This document shows, piece by piece, positions 26,367-33,168 of a stretch of 64,000 nt of DNA. Below the pieces are notes generated by a model. It did not search any database. It saw nothing but the letters and a program-made list of their open reading frames with translations, and was not told the origin of the DNA. The stretch lies in assembly GCA_964531785.1 (NCBI GenBank), contig CAZHFF010000001.1, positions 7,880-71,879 on the forward strand. The letters run 5' to 3'. A program made the translations under genes and the position numbers. Position 1 is the stretch's first letter. The number at the start of each line of letters is the position of its first letter. This DNA is from an uncultured Candidatus Saccharibacteria bacterium (GTDB taxonomy: Bacteria > Patescibacteriota > Minisyncoccia > Phycocordibacterales > UBA12088).

Positions 26367-27779
26367 TTACGGAATCACCGTAAATGTGCCCGAGTACATA
26401 CCCATGGAGCAGGTGAACCTGATCGTGCCGATCTTGGTCGGTGTGAACTCGATCACATTTTCCCCCTCTTTGAGCCCTTGTCTAATACCGTAGGTAGGCA
26501 TTGCAATGAACGCGGCGCAGCTGTATTGCGTCTTCGAGGTTATGATCCACCTGACCGGTACGTTGTTCTTGATCGTAAACTGGTTCGGTCTATACCCACC
26601 TCCTAGTTGGTCCATACGGACGATCTGTACGCCGTTCTGCTGCTCTGCAACAGCAGTATCATTATTTCCTTTTCGGCTTTGGGAAGTGCCAGTCCTGCCG
26701 GTGTCGTCACCAGCTTCACTCGATCCGAAACTGAAGATCGCTGGCGCCGGAATACCGGCGAGTGTGAGTCCGGTCTGAAGGTTGAACAGGCCGAATACGA
26801 TGACCGCAAGGCCGGTAAATTTGAAGAAGTAGCGTGCAAACTGACCTTTGACGAATGACGTAAGACCGCCGATACCGAGAAGTCCAGGAGTTGTACCCAG
26901 CGCAAATAGGCCCATGATGAGTGCTCCCTCGGTGAAGCTTCCCGTCGACACCGCGTAGATCTGCATTGCTTGGGTGAAGCCGCAAGGAAGGAAGAAGGTC
27001 GCCGCTCCGGTAAGAATGGCTCCCCGATGGCTATATTCTTTCCGATCATCCTCTGCGCGTATCAGTCGCATACTCAATGACTTAGGCAGGAGCAGAGCCG
27101 CTTTGCTTATCCCTGGCATAATGCCAATGAGTCGAATACCAAGGATGAACATTACCACGCCAGCAGCGGCCACAAAGAGGCCCATACCCGAGCCGGAAAG
27201 ATTTATCGCTCCACCAACAGTGCCGATAACGCCACCGAGGACTGTATAGGAGACCAAGCGACCCAGGTTAAAGAATAGGTTCGGACGAAACTTCTGCATG
27301 ATGGTCGCCTCAGGGTGTAGTTTGGCGTGCTGTGCGGTTATGCCAAGGACAAGTCCGCCCACGAGCGCCATACAGGTGGAGACACCGGCAACGAGACCTA
27401 TAACGAATACCAGTGAGAGTGCAGGTGTTGAGCCAAAGTCGACTGAGCGGTCCATAAGGCCAGACCCAGCGAGGAAAAGCCAGAGCATGATAAGGATGCT
27501 CGCTGCGATCAAAAGCTCAAAGTAATCTGCAGGGTCTTTCGAGAAGAAGGTACGCCCATGTCGTGTTTCCGCTACCGCGTAGCCTGCTTCTCTCACAGCT
27601 TCCGCAAGTTCCTCATGCGATGGAGGTGTTTTGCTATACAGTACTTTTGCTAGGCCAGTAGCATGGTTGACCGAGACCTTGAGAACGCCTTCAACTTTGC
27701 TTATTTTTTTCTCCAGTAGTATTTCGCAGGATTTGCAGTGCATTCCGGAGATCGGAACGGTAAGTGTTCTTTGTTCCAT
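26367..27779 (-). CDS. Tripartite fusion: HMA domain - DsbD/CcdA/TauE-like membrane domain - C-terminal cupredoxin-like domain
   Basis: LTVPISGMHCKSCEILLEKK (HMA), FFLPCGFTQAMQ (membrane core), C-terminal ..GYRPNQFTIKNNVPVRWIITSKTQYSCAAFIAMPTYG..RFTCSMGMYSGTFTVIP. Confidence 0.8.
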   Translation of the reverse strand: MEQRTLTVPISGMHCKSCEILLEKKISKVEGVLKVSVNHATGLAKVLYSKTPPSHEELAEAVREAGYAVAETRHGRTFFSKDPADYFELLIAASILIMLWLFLAGSGLMDRSVDFGSTPALSLVFVIGLVAGVSTCMALVGGLVLGITAQHAKLHPEATIMQKFRPNLFFNLGRLVSYTVLGGVIGTVGGAINLSGSGMGLFVAAAGVVMFILGIRLIGIMPGISKAALLLPKSLSMRLIRAEDDRKEYSHRGAILTGAATFFLPCGFTQAMQIYAVSTGSFTEGALIMGLFALGTTPGLLGIGGLTSFVKGQFARYFFKFTGLAVIVFGLFNLQTGLTLAGIPAPAIFSFGSSEAGDDTGRTGTSQSRKGNNDTAVAEQQNGVQIVRMDQLGGGYRPNQFTIKNNVPVRWIITSKTQYSCAAFIAMPTYGIRQGLKEGENVIEFTPTKIGTIRFTCSMGMYSGTFTVIP

Positions 27780-27895
27780 AGGTGTAAGGATTAAGTAATG
27801 TTTCTATGCAGGACCGTGCGTCTAATGCTGTGTTCGTCAGAACAGACAGCACAGTACCTGCCCGCGCGTGCGAGTTGAACTGCTTAGAGCTAGCT

Positions 27896-28339
27896 TCAAC
27901 GATAGAGACAGTACACCTTCGGATGGATGATGCCGCTTGAGAACGCATCATGAAGTGGCCTACTGGGGACGATATGCATTCTGTGCACGTATTGCAGGGC
28001 AATACGTGGCAGCATGGATCGTTTCCATGGTATGCGAAATCGAAATGTTGGTTGCATTGAAAAACGCGCCAGAATTACGAGTAGTATGAGGTACGTAAAT
28101 AGCGCAAACGGAACAACAGCGAGGTCTGCAAACCATTGCCAGGCCGAGTCTATCCACTTGAATGGGCAAATAACCCCTTCGTTATGGAATGACATTGTGC
28201 AGGTCAGGATATCGCCCTCTGCGTGGCTCGTGGACATGAACTGAAAAACACCAAAAAGCTGGAGGCTGACCAGTAGCATAAAAGCCGCCATCATCAAGGT
28301 TCGTGCAAGCTGTTTATGAAAATACGACAAATGGTACAT
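27896..28339 (-). CDS. Hypothetical membrane protein in the cop operon
   Basis: Two TM segments (MMAAFMLLVSLQLFGVF, VVPFALFTYLILLVILA) and a Cys/His-containing loop HAEGDILTCTMSFHNEGVICPF. I recognise no family. Confidence 0.5.
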   Translation of the reverse strand: MYHLSYFHKQLARTLMMAAFMLLVSLQLFGVFQFMSTSHAEGDILTCTMSFHNEGVICPFKWIDSAWQWFADLAVVPFALFTYLILLVILARFSMQPTFRFRIPWKRSMLPRIALQYVHRMHIVPSRPLHDAFSSGIIHPKVYCLYR

Positions 28340-28385
28340 GAAATGTTGTTATCACCTACGCATGCGTGTTCTCGAACGCATCGCC

Positions 28386-28655
28386 TTAACGTCGTTTTAG
28401 CTGATACACTTTTAATATTTCCGCCTGCGCTTTGCGTACCTTGCCACCCTGTATCTGATCGATGACACAGTGCGAGAGGTGGTCTTCAAGCAAGAGGTCC
28501 TCAAGGTTCGAGAGCGCCTGCTTAACGGCGCTCGTTTGCGTAATGATGTCGATGCAGTAGGTGCCCTCCTCGATCATGCGCTGGAGGCCGCGCACCTGTC
28601 CCTCGATGAGTCTAAGCCGCCGCACGAGCTTCGGCCTACCGGTGTCGTGTTTCAT
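28386..28655 (-). CDS. csoR: CsoR/RcnR family copper-sensing transcriptional repressor
   Basis: LVRRLRLIEGQVRGLQRMIEEGTYCIDIITQTSAVKQALSNLEDLLLEDHLSHCV (C-H-C ligand pattern). I prefer start ATG 28655 because the longer ORF would cover its own operator. Confidence 0.9.
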   Translation of the reverse strand: MKHDTGRPKLVRRLRLIEGQVRGLQRMIEEGTYCIDIITQTSAVKQALSNLEDLLLEDHLSHCVIDQIQGGKVRKAQAEILKVYQLKRR

Positions 28656-28662
28656 AGCTTGC

Positions 28663-28691
28663 AGCCTATACCCCCTAGGGGGTATAGTCAA
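28663..28691 (-). promoter_or_regulatory. csoR/cop promoter with an embedded CsoR operator
   Basis: Perfect 20-bp palindrome TATACCCCCTAGGGGGTATA (28667-28686). It lies between TTGACT (-35, 28691-28686, minus strand) and TAGGCT (-10, 28668-28663) with 17-nt spacing. The ATG is 7 nt after the -10. Confidence 0.8.
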
Positions 28692-28784
28692 CCACAGCCT
28701 GGGGATAGTGGAAGATGATCTGGAAGTGACAAAGCCAGCTCTGCATAATAGAAAACACCCGGAGCCATTGCCCCAGGTGCCCGC

Positions 28785-28898
28785 CTAGTCTTTTCGCATG
28801 AGCTCTCGCAGGAGGGTCTTGACCATGTTTCGCCCCAGCACAAGCATCAGCACAGCTGGCATGAGCACCAGCAACAGTACATACAGGTTGATCTCCAT
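28785..28898 (-). CDS. Possible 37-aa hydrophobic micro-protein
   Basis: MEINLYVLLLVLMPAVLMLVLGRNMVKTLLRELMRKD. GAGGA lies 13 nt upstream and a strong promoter ~40 nt upstream. It is very short, so confidence is low. Confidence 0.3.
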   Translation of the reverse strand: MEINLYVLLLVLMPAVLMLVLGRNMVKTLLRELMRKD

Positions 28899-28938
28899 TT
28901 TTCCGCGTGTCCTCAAGCTAAAGCGAAGCCTGTAATTA

Positions 28939-28967
28939 ATTATACCATGCATATGAATAAGCAACAA
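28939..28967 (-). promoter_or_regulatory. Near-consensus extended -10 sigma70 promoter (TTGTTG-17-TGGTATAAT region), minus strand
   Basis: Minus strand reads TTGTTGcttattcatatgcaTGGTATAAT. Confidence 0.55.
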
Positions 28968-28984
28968 GTACCAGAAATAAAGAG

Positions 28985-29013
28985 TTGACACATGCTAATA
29001 GATATTGTAGATT
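28985..29013 (+). promoter_or_regulatory. Near-consensus sigma70 promoter (TTGACA-17-TAGATT), plus strand, back-to-back with the previous one
   Basis: Sequence agagTTGACAcatgctaatagatattgTAGATTc. Confidence 0.5.
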
Positions 29014-29300
29014 CATACGCGTGGTCGCATGACCATGAGGTACGAAAGGAGAAAGCTTTGTCGATCCGTTGTCAAATTCAACCACCGAACGTCGTGCTCG
29101 AGGACCTGTTGGCTGCGCTCGGGACAGGCAAGAGACTCTCTGGGTATTTTGAGACCGATCAGGTCACGATCGGACCCATGGACCATGAGCCACCGCAACG
29201 GCTCGGCGATTTCAGCCGCATCTCGGCACATATACTAAGTGAACGTCTTGTTGCGCTGCCTCAGAATGCGCGGTACCTGGTCATCACAGAGATCCGGTAG
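28992..29300 (+). CDS. Hypothetical protein; the true start may be TTG 29058
   Basis: Track ORF of 102 aa. ATG 28992 lies inside the predicted promoter, whereas TTG 29058 is preceded by AAGGAG (29046-29051). An intrinsic terminator follows. I recognise no family. Confidence 0.4.
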   Translation: MLIDIVDSYAWSHDHEVRKEKALSIRCQIQPPNVVLEDLLAALGTGKRLSGYFETDQVTIGPMDHEPPQRLGDFSRISAHILSERLVALPQNARYLVITEIR

Positions 29301-29324
29301 ATCGGTTCGAAAACGGTAACCCTA

Positions 29325-29354
29325 GAGCTCGGCACGTGCGCCGAGCTCCTTTTT
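29325..29354 (+). terminator. Rho-independent terminator
   Basis: GAGCTCGGC-acgtgc-GCCGAGCTC followed by CTTTTTAT. Confidence 0.75.
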
Positions 29355-29439
29355 ATCGGTGTACTGTCGATGGTTCGTGCTTGCTTAGCGAGCGGATGGT
29401 CTCGGGGTTGCGGCGTCTGCCATGGTACACTGGGTGTCT

Positions 29440-30357
29440 ATGGAGCACGCGCTTGCCATTACCGACCTCAAGAAGACGTACGAGAACGGTACGGTGGCGC
29501 TCTCCGGTATCGACCTTACTGTCGCGAAGGGAGACTTCTTTGCGCTCCTCGGTCCTAACGGTGCCGGTAAGTCAACGACGATCGGCATCATCACCGGTCT
29601 TACGAAAAAGTCCTCCGGAACGGTCGAGGTGTTCGGCACGTCGATCGATGCGGACCACGACAAGGCAAAGACGTACATCGGGCTCGTGCCGCAGGAGATG
29701 AACTTCAATATCTTCGAGAAGGTGGTCGACATCGTCTGTACCCAGGGCGGGTACTATGGTTTGCCAAGGAAGCTCGCGCGCGAGCGTGCGGAGAAGTACC
29801 TGACCGCGCTCGGTCTCTGGGAGAAGCATAACGACAAGAGTCAAACGCTCTCCGGCGGCATGAAACGCCGCCTCATGATAGCCCGGGCACTCGTCCATGA
29901 GCCGGAGCTCCTGATCCTCGACGAGCCGACCGCGGGAGTCGATGTCGAACTCCGGCGTGGTATGTACGACTTTTTGCGCGAACTCACGAAAGCGGGAAAG
30001 ACCATCATCCTCACCACGCACTACCTGGAGGAAGCGGAAGAGCTAGCGAAGGAGCTCGCGATCATCGATACAGGGAAGATCGTCGCGAAGGGCAAGGTCA
30101 AAGAGCTCTTGGCGGGCATGGACACGGCGGTCTATGTGCTTGACCTGGGGCGAGCGGTTACGGAAGGTCAGCTTGCGGTCATAAGCACGTACCGCCCACT
30201 GGCGCGTGATGCTGATACGGTCGAGATCACGGCCACTAAAGCATTGCCGCTCGGTAAGGCTGTGTCGCTGCTCGAGAGGTCGGGCATTCCGGTCGTGAGC
30301 ATCCGGCCGAAGGGGAACAGGCTGGAAGAGCTGTTCGTGAAGCTCACGAAAGGGTAA
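29440..30357 (+). CDS. ABC transporter ATP-binding protein (YadG/DrrA-like, ABC-2 type)
   Basis: Walker A GPNGAGKST, signature LSGGMKRRL, Walker B LLILDEPTAGVD. ATG 29440 lies 8 nt after TACACT (29426-29431). Confidence 0.9.
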   Translation: MEHALAITDLKKTYENGTVALSGIDLTVAKGDFFALLGPNGAGKSTTIGIITGLTKKSSGTVEVFGTSIDADHDKAKTYIGLVPQEMNFNIFEKVVDIVCTQGGYYGLPRKLARERAEKYLTALGLWEKHNDKSQTLSGGMKRRLMIARALVHEPELLILDEPTAGVDVELRRGMYDFLRELTKAGKTIILTTHYLEEAEELAKELAIIDTGKIVAKGKVKELLAGMDTAVYVLDLGRAVTEGQLAVISTYRPLARDADTVEITATKALPLGKAVSLLERSGIPVVSIRPKGNRLEELFVKLTKG

Positions 30358-30514
30358 TGTATCGTAAGCACCAGATAACAAATAGCAAGTTCCAAATAAA
30401 TCACAAATCCCTCATCTCAAACAGAACCACACTCAAGATCAATTTTATTTGGAGCATGCAATTTTGAATTTGGTGCCGAGCAAAACGACGATATCGAGTT
30501 ACACACCTCACCGT

Positions 30515-31285
30515 ATGACCCAACGAACGTACATCGCTTTCCAAACCATTGTCCGCAAAGAAGTGGTGCGATTCATGCGCATCTGGACCCAGACGCTCTT
30601 GCCGCCGGTCATCACCGCGACCCTCTATTTTCTTGTGTTCGGCGCGTTCCTGGGCGAGCGCATCGGCGTGGTCGAAGGGGTGCCCTACATCGCGTTCATC
30701 GTGCCGGGTCTCGTCATGATGGCGGTCATCACGAATAGCTATAGCAACGTCGCATCGAGCTTCTTTGGCGCGAAGTTCATGAAGAACCTCGAGGAGCTCA
30801 TGGTCTCGCCCGTACCGCACGCGGTCGTGATCGCCGGCTTCGTCGTGGGCGGTGCGCTGAGGGGGCTCCTGACCGGTGTGCTCTCGCTTATGGTCGCGCT
30901 CTTTTTCACCCAGCTTCCTGTTGTGCACCTTGGCGTCATCCTGCTCTTCTTTGTGCTCACCTCGATCCTCTTTTCGCTCGGGGGCCTCATCAATGGGGTG
31001 TATGCCAAGACCTTTGATAGTGTGATGATCTTTCCCACGTTCGTGCTCACACCGCTCATCTACCTCGGCGGGGTGTTCTATCCGATCTCCGTCCTGCCTT
31101 CGTTCTGGCAGACAGTGTCCCTGGCGAACCCGATACTCTACATGATCAATGGTTTTCGCTATGGCTTTTTAGGTACCTCTGACATGAACGTCGTGCTCTC
31201 GCTTTCGGTGCTTGTGACGTTCATCGGTATTGCGCTCGTCTGGGTCAAGTACCTCTTCAGCAATGGCCGCGGCTTGCGCGCATAA
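30515..31285 (+). CDS. ABC-2 type transporter permease (YadH-like)
   Basis: MTQRTYIAFQTIVRKEVVRFMRIWTQTLLPPVITATLYFLVFG is collinear with the YadH-type N-terminus. Six TM segments. Confidence 0.85.
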   Translation: MTQRTYIAFQTIVRKEVVRFMRIWTQTLLPPVITATLYFLVFGAFLGERIGVVEGVPYIAFIVPGLVMMAVITNSYSNVASSFFGAKFMKNLEELMVSPVPHAVVIAGFVVGGALRGLLTGVLSLMVALFFTQLPVVHLGVILLFFVLTSILFSLGGLINGVYAKTFDSVMIFPTFVLTPLIYLGGVFYPISVLPSFWQTVSLANPILYMINGFRYGFLGTSDMNVVLSLSVLVTFIGIALVWVKYLFSNGRGLRA

Positions 31286-31290
31286 GGAAA

Positions 31291-31312
31291 ACCGCGGCTT
31301 GGGAGCCGCGGT
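31291..31312. terminator. Stem-loop between convergent genes
   Basis: ACCGCGGCT-tggg-AGCCGCGGT, a perfect 9-bp stem. Confidence 0.6.
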
Positions 31313-31318
31313 CCGGGT

Positions 31319-32098
31319 TCAGCGCAGGATGCGTGTCCCCTGGAACTTTGCTGGTCTAAGGACGAATGGTACGATGTCGTGACGAGAGCCGATGCCAACG
31401 TTCGGCACCCGGTCTGCGCATTTGTCGGCGGCATAGAGCTTCGGCAGGATCCCGTTCTGATCGGTGCCGCCGCGGGTGCGGTCCATCGCTTCGTACATGC
31501 CCAGTTTGAGCTCCGGATGATCATCCAGACGCAGGGAAGGTATACGCACACCTTCACAATTGTAGCCGCCGGCGCCGGTGACGAACAGGACGTGTGACAC
31601 AGGGCTGTGCTGCCCAATGCATTCGCAGAGGAGCACCGTATGGAGGTCGTTCTCGCCGCGCCCTCTGCGCACCTCGTCCATCGCCTCGTGGCTCACGAAG
31701 TCGTTCCAGTTGGCGACCACGATGGTGTGGGGATTGTAGGTCATGCGCACGGTGCGCTCACCGACCGATGCAGACTCACCGTCGTGGAGGAAGTTCGTGT
31801 GGGTCGGCAGGAGCTGGGCAACGAGTACTCCATGCACTTCGAACGCATCGGTCCATTCCCGAAATAGGAGGGATGAACCCAGTGCGGCGAGCTCTGCGGC
31901 ACTGTAGGGGCTGCTGTCGTCCTCCTTCCGCTTGGAAAGCCAGGCTTCCGCGCGTGCGCGTGCGCCTGACGACACGATGATCGGGAAGTAGCCTTGCTCG
32001 CGCAGGAGCATGCAATCGTCCGCTATGGCGGCGATCGCGCCAGGCGTCTTCAGTGTTTCGGTGCCGAACTTGACGATAACGATGCCTCTGGTGTTCAT
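31319..32098 (-). CDS. Amino-acid kinase (AAK) family protein, glutamate-5-kinase-like
   Basis: IVIVKFGTETL..FPIIVSSGARARAE resembles the ProB/ArgB N-terminal nucleotide-binding pattern, but the rest is divergent. AAAGGAA lies 5 nt upstream of the ATG. Confidence 0.55.
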   Translation of the reverse strand: MNTRGIVIVKFGTETLKTPGAIAAIADDCMLLREQGYFPIIVSSGARARAEAWLSKRKEDDSSPYSAAELAALGSSLLFREWTDAFEVHGVLVAQLLPTHTNFLHDGESASVGERTVRMTYNPHTIVVANWNDFVSHEAMDEVRRGRGENDLHTVLLCECIGQHSPVSHVLFVTGAGGYNCEGVRIPSLRLDDHPELKLGMYEAMDRTRGGTDQNGILPKLYAADKCADRVPNVGIGSRHDIVPFVLRPAKFQGTRILR

Positions 32099-32176
32099 AG
32101 GTTCCTTTCCTTCCGGTCTGCCCGCAGTGTATACGCGTCGATGTCAAGCCGCAACCGTTCGTGGTACTGTGTACGT

Positions 32177-32389
32177 ATGGAACCTGAACCGGCTCTAGAC
32201 GACGCTCACGCACAGCTCGATCGGCTCGAGCGCAAGCTCGATACGATCCAGCAAACGGTACAGCAGTTGAAGCTGTACTTTACCATCATGGTCTGGGTCA
32301 GTGTCGGCATGGTGCTCCTGCCGCTCCTCGGTATCGTCGTCCTCCTGCCGATGCTGCTCTCGACGCTCACGAGCGTTGCCGGGCTCTAG
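32177..32389 (+). CDS. Hypothetical 70-aa protein, coiled-coil plus C-terminal TM
   Basis: MEPEPALDDAHAQLDRLERKLDTIQQTVQQLKLYFTIMVWVSVGMVLLPLLGIVVLLPML.. ATG lies 6 nt after TGGTACTGT (hexamer 32165-32170). Confidence 0.45.
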   Translation: MEPEPALDDAHAQLDRLERKLDTIQQTVQQLKLYFTIMVWVSVGMVLLPLLGIVVLLPMLLSTLTSVAGL

Positions 32390-32402
32390 TAGGCAAACAG
32401 AG

Positions 32403-32423
32403 CACCCGCCAAGGAGGCGGGTG
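32403..32423. terminator. Stem-loop between convergent genes
   Basis: CACCCGCC-aagga-GGCGGGTG, a perfect 8-bp stem. Confidence 0.55.
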
Positions 32424-32429
32424 TAAGGT

Positions 32430-33038
32430 TTAGCGGTATTCACCGTGCTCGTAGATGAGCAGACGGCCTCGGTATTTGGGTCTCTGCAGTTCTTTCCTGA
32501 GAACGGTGCGCTCCGCACGGTCTGGGACCGCTCCATCGAGCAACAGATCGAGCGTGGCGAGCAGTTCTTGGAACGCGGGTGTCGGTACCTCAGGTCGGTC
32601 GCCTGCGTTCGCTGTGTCGCTGTGGTACTCGATCGGCAGCGGCAGCACGCCGGGAAGTGCATTGTACTCGGCCTTGAGCGGCTGCAGGTTGCTGCCACCT
32701 ATGTGCGAGTGTGCAACGACCAGGCCGTTATGCAGGAATGCGCCTACGTCGGCGACCGAGCGTGTCTCAAGGTTCCCCCTGCCGTACCGTGCATGGGTCA
32801 CCGGGGTGCGTGCATACCACACGAGCATGGCAGCAACGAGGAAGACCTGCTGACGCCTACTTTGACGCACGATATCCGAGAGTGCCCGTGTCTGCTCGAT
32901 CACGAGGGAAGCCTGGTCGTTCTTGATCGTCAGGTACCAGTTCCGAGCAAAAAGCTCAGCGTAGGCGGCTCGGGAGAACCGCGGATTCCGGGCGCGGGCC
33001 AAGAGTCGTATCCGCTGGAGCAGCAGTGCAGCGTCCAT
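32430..33038 (-). CDS. Hypothetical protein
   Basis: The minus frame has high GC3 and a canonical Shine-Dalgarno (GGGAGGTGA ending 3 nt before ATG 33038). The equally long plus-strand ORF 32445..33053 is Cys/Arg-rich and looks like a shadow. Confidence 0.5.
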   Translation of the reverse strand: MDAALLLQRIRLLARARNPRFSRAAYAELFARNWYLTIKNDQASLVIEQTRALSDIVRQSRRQQVFLVAAMLVWYARTPVTHARYGRGNLETRSVADVGAFLHNGLVVAHSHIGGSNLQPLKAEYNALPGVLPLPIEYHSDTANAGDRPEVPTPAFQELLATLDLLLDGAVPDRAERTVLRKELQRPKYRGRLLIYEHGEYR

Positions 33039-33168
33039 TCGTCACCTCCCTAGTGTCTGTGCGCACTCTGGACCACAGAAACGACTGTGTCAAGGGCCAT
33101 GACGTAGTGTACGCTGGGGAGATATCTTCCGCGCGAAGCGCAACTAGTAACCTAACACGACGACCAGT

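Larger units (their letters stand above)
23030..29320. other. GC-discordant (lower-GC) segment carrying csoR and the second copper-resistance gene set. I read it as a putative horizontally acquired island without recognisable mobility genes.
   Basis: Hand counts of 60-nt lines give 31/60 at 23401, 24/60 at 25201 and 19/60 at 28921, against 35/60 at 21001 in the neighbouring copA. The boundaries are approximate. Confidence 0.5.

Noticed and set aside
29029-29238. An alternative 69-aa frame (MTMRYERRKLCRS..) starting just downstream of the TTGACA-17-TAGATT promoter.
   Set aside because: Its Arg/Ser/Cys-rich composition looks off-frame. The overlapping frame (28992/29058..29300) is more protein-like and has an SD before TTG 29058. 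Both remain unverified.
23030-29320. Calling the lower-GC copper segment a mobile element or genomic island with defined ends.
   Set aside because: I could not find an integrase, transposase, tRNA target or flanking direct repeats. The weak TCGGTG..TGTACT similarity at both edges is not convincing. It is reported as a compositional anomaly only.
32445-33053. A 202-aa plus-strand ORF that mirrors the 202-aa minus-strand ORF 32430..33038.
   Set aside because: Only one can be real. The minus frame has a canonical SD (GGGAGGTGA) and protein-like composition, whereas the plus frame is Cys/Arg/Val-rich. I kept the minus ORF, with only moderate confidence.
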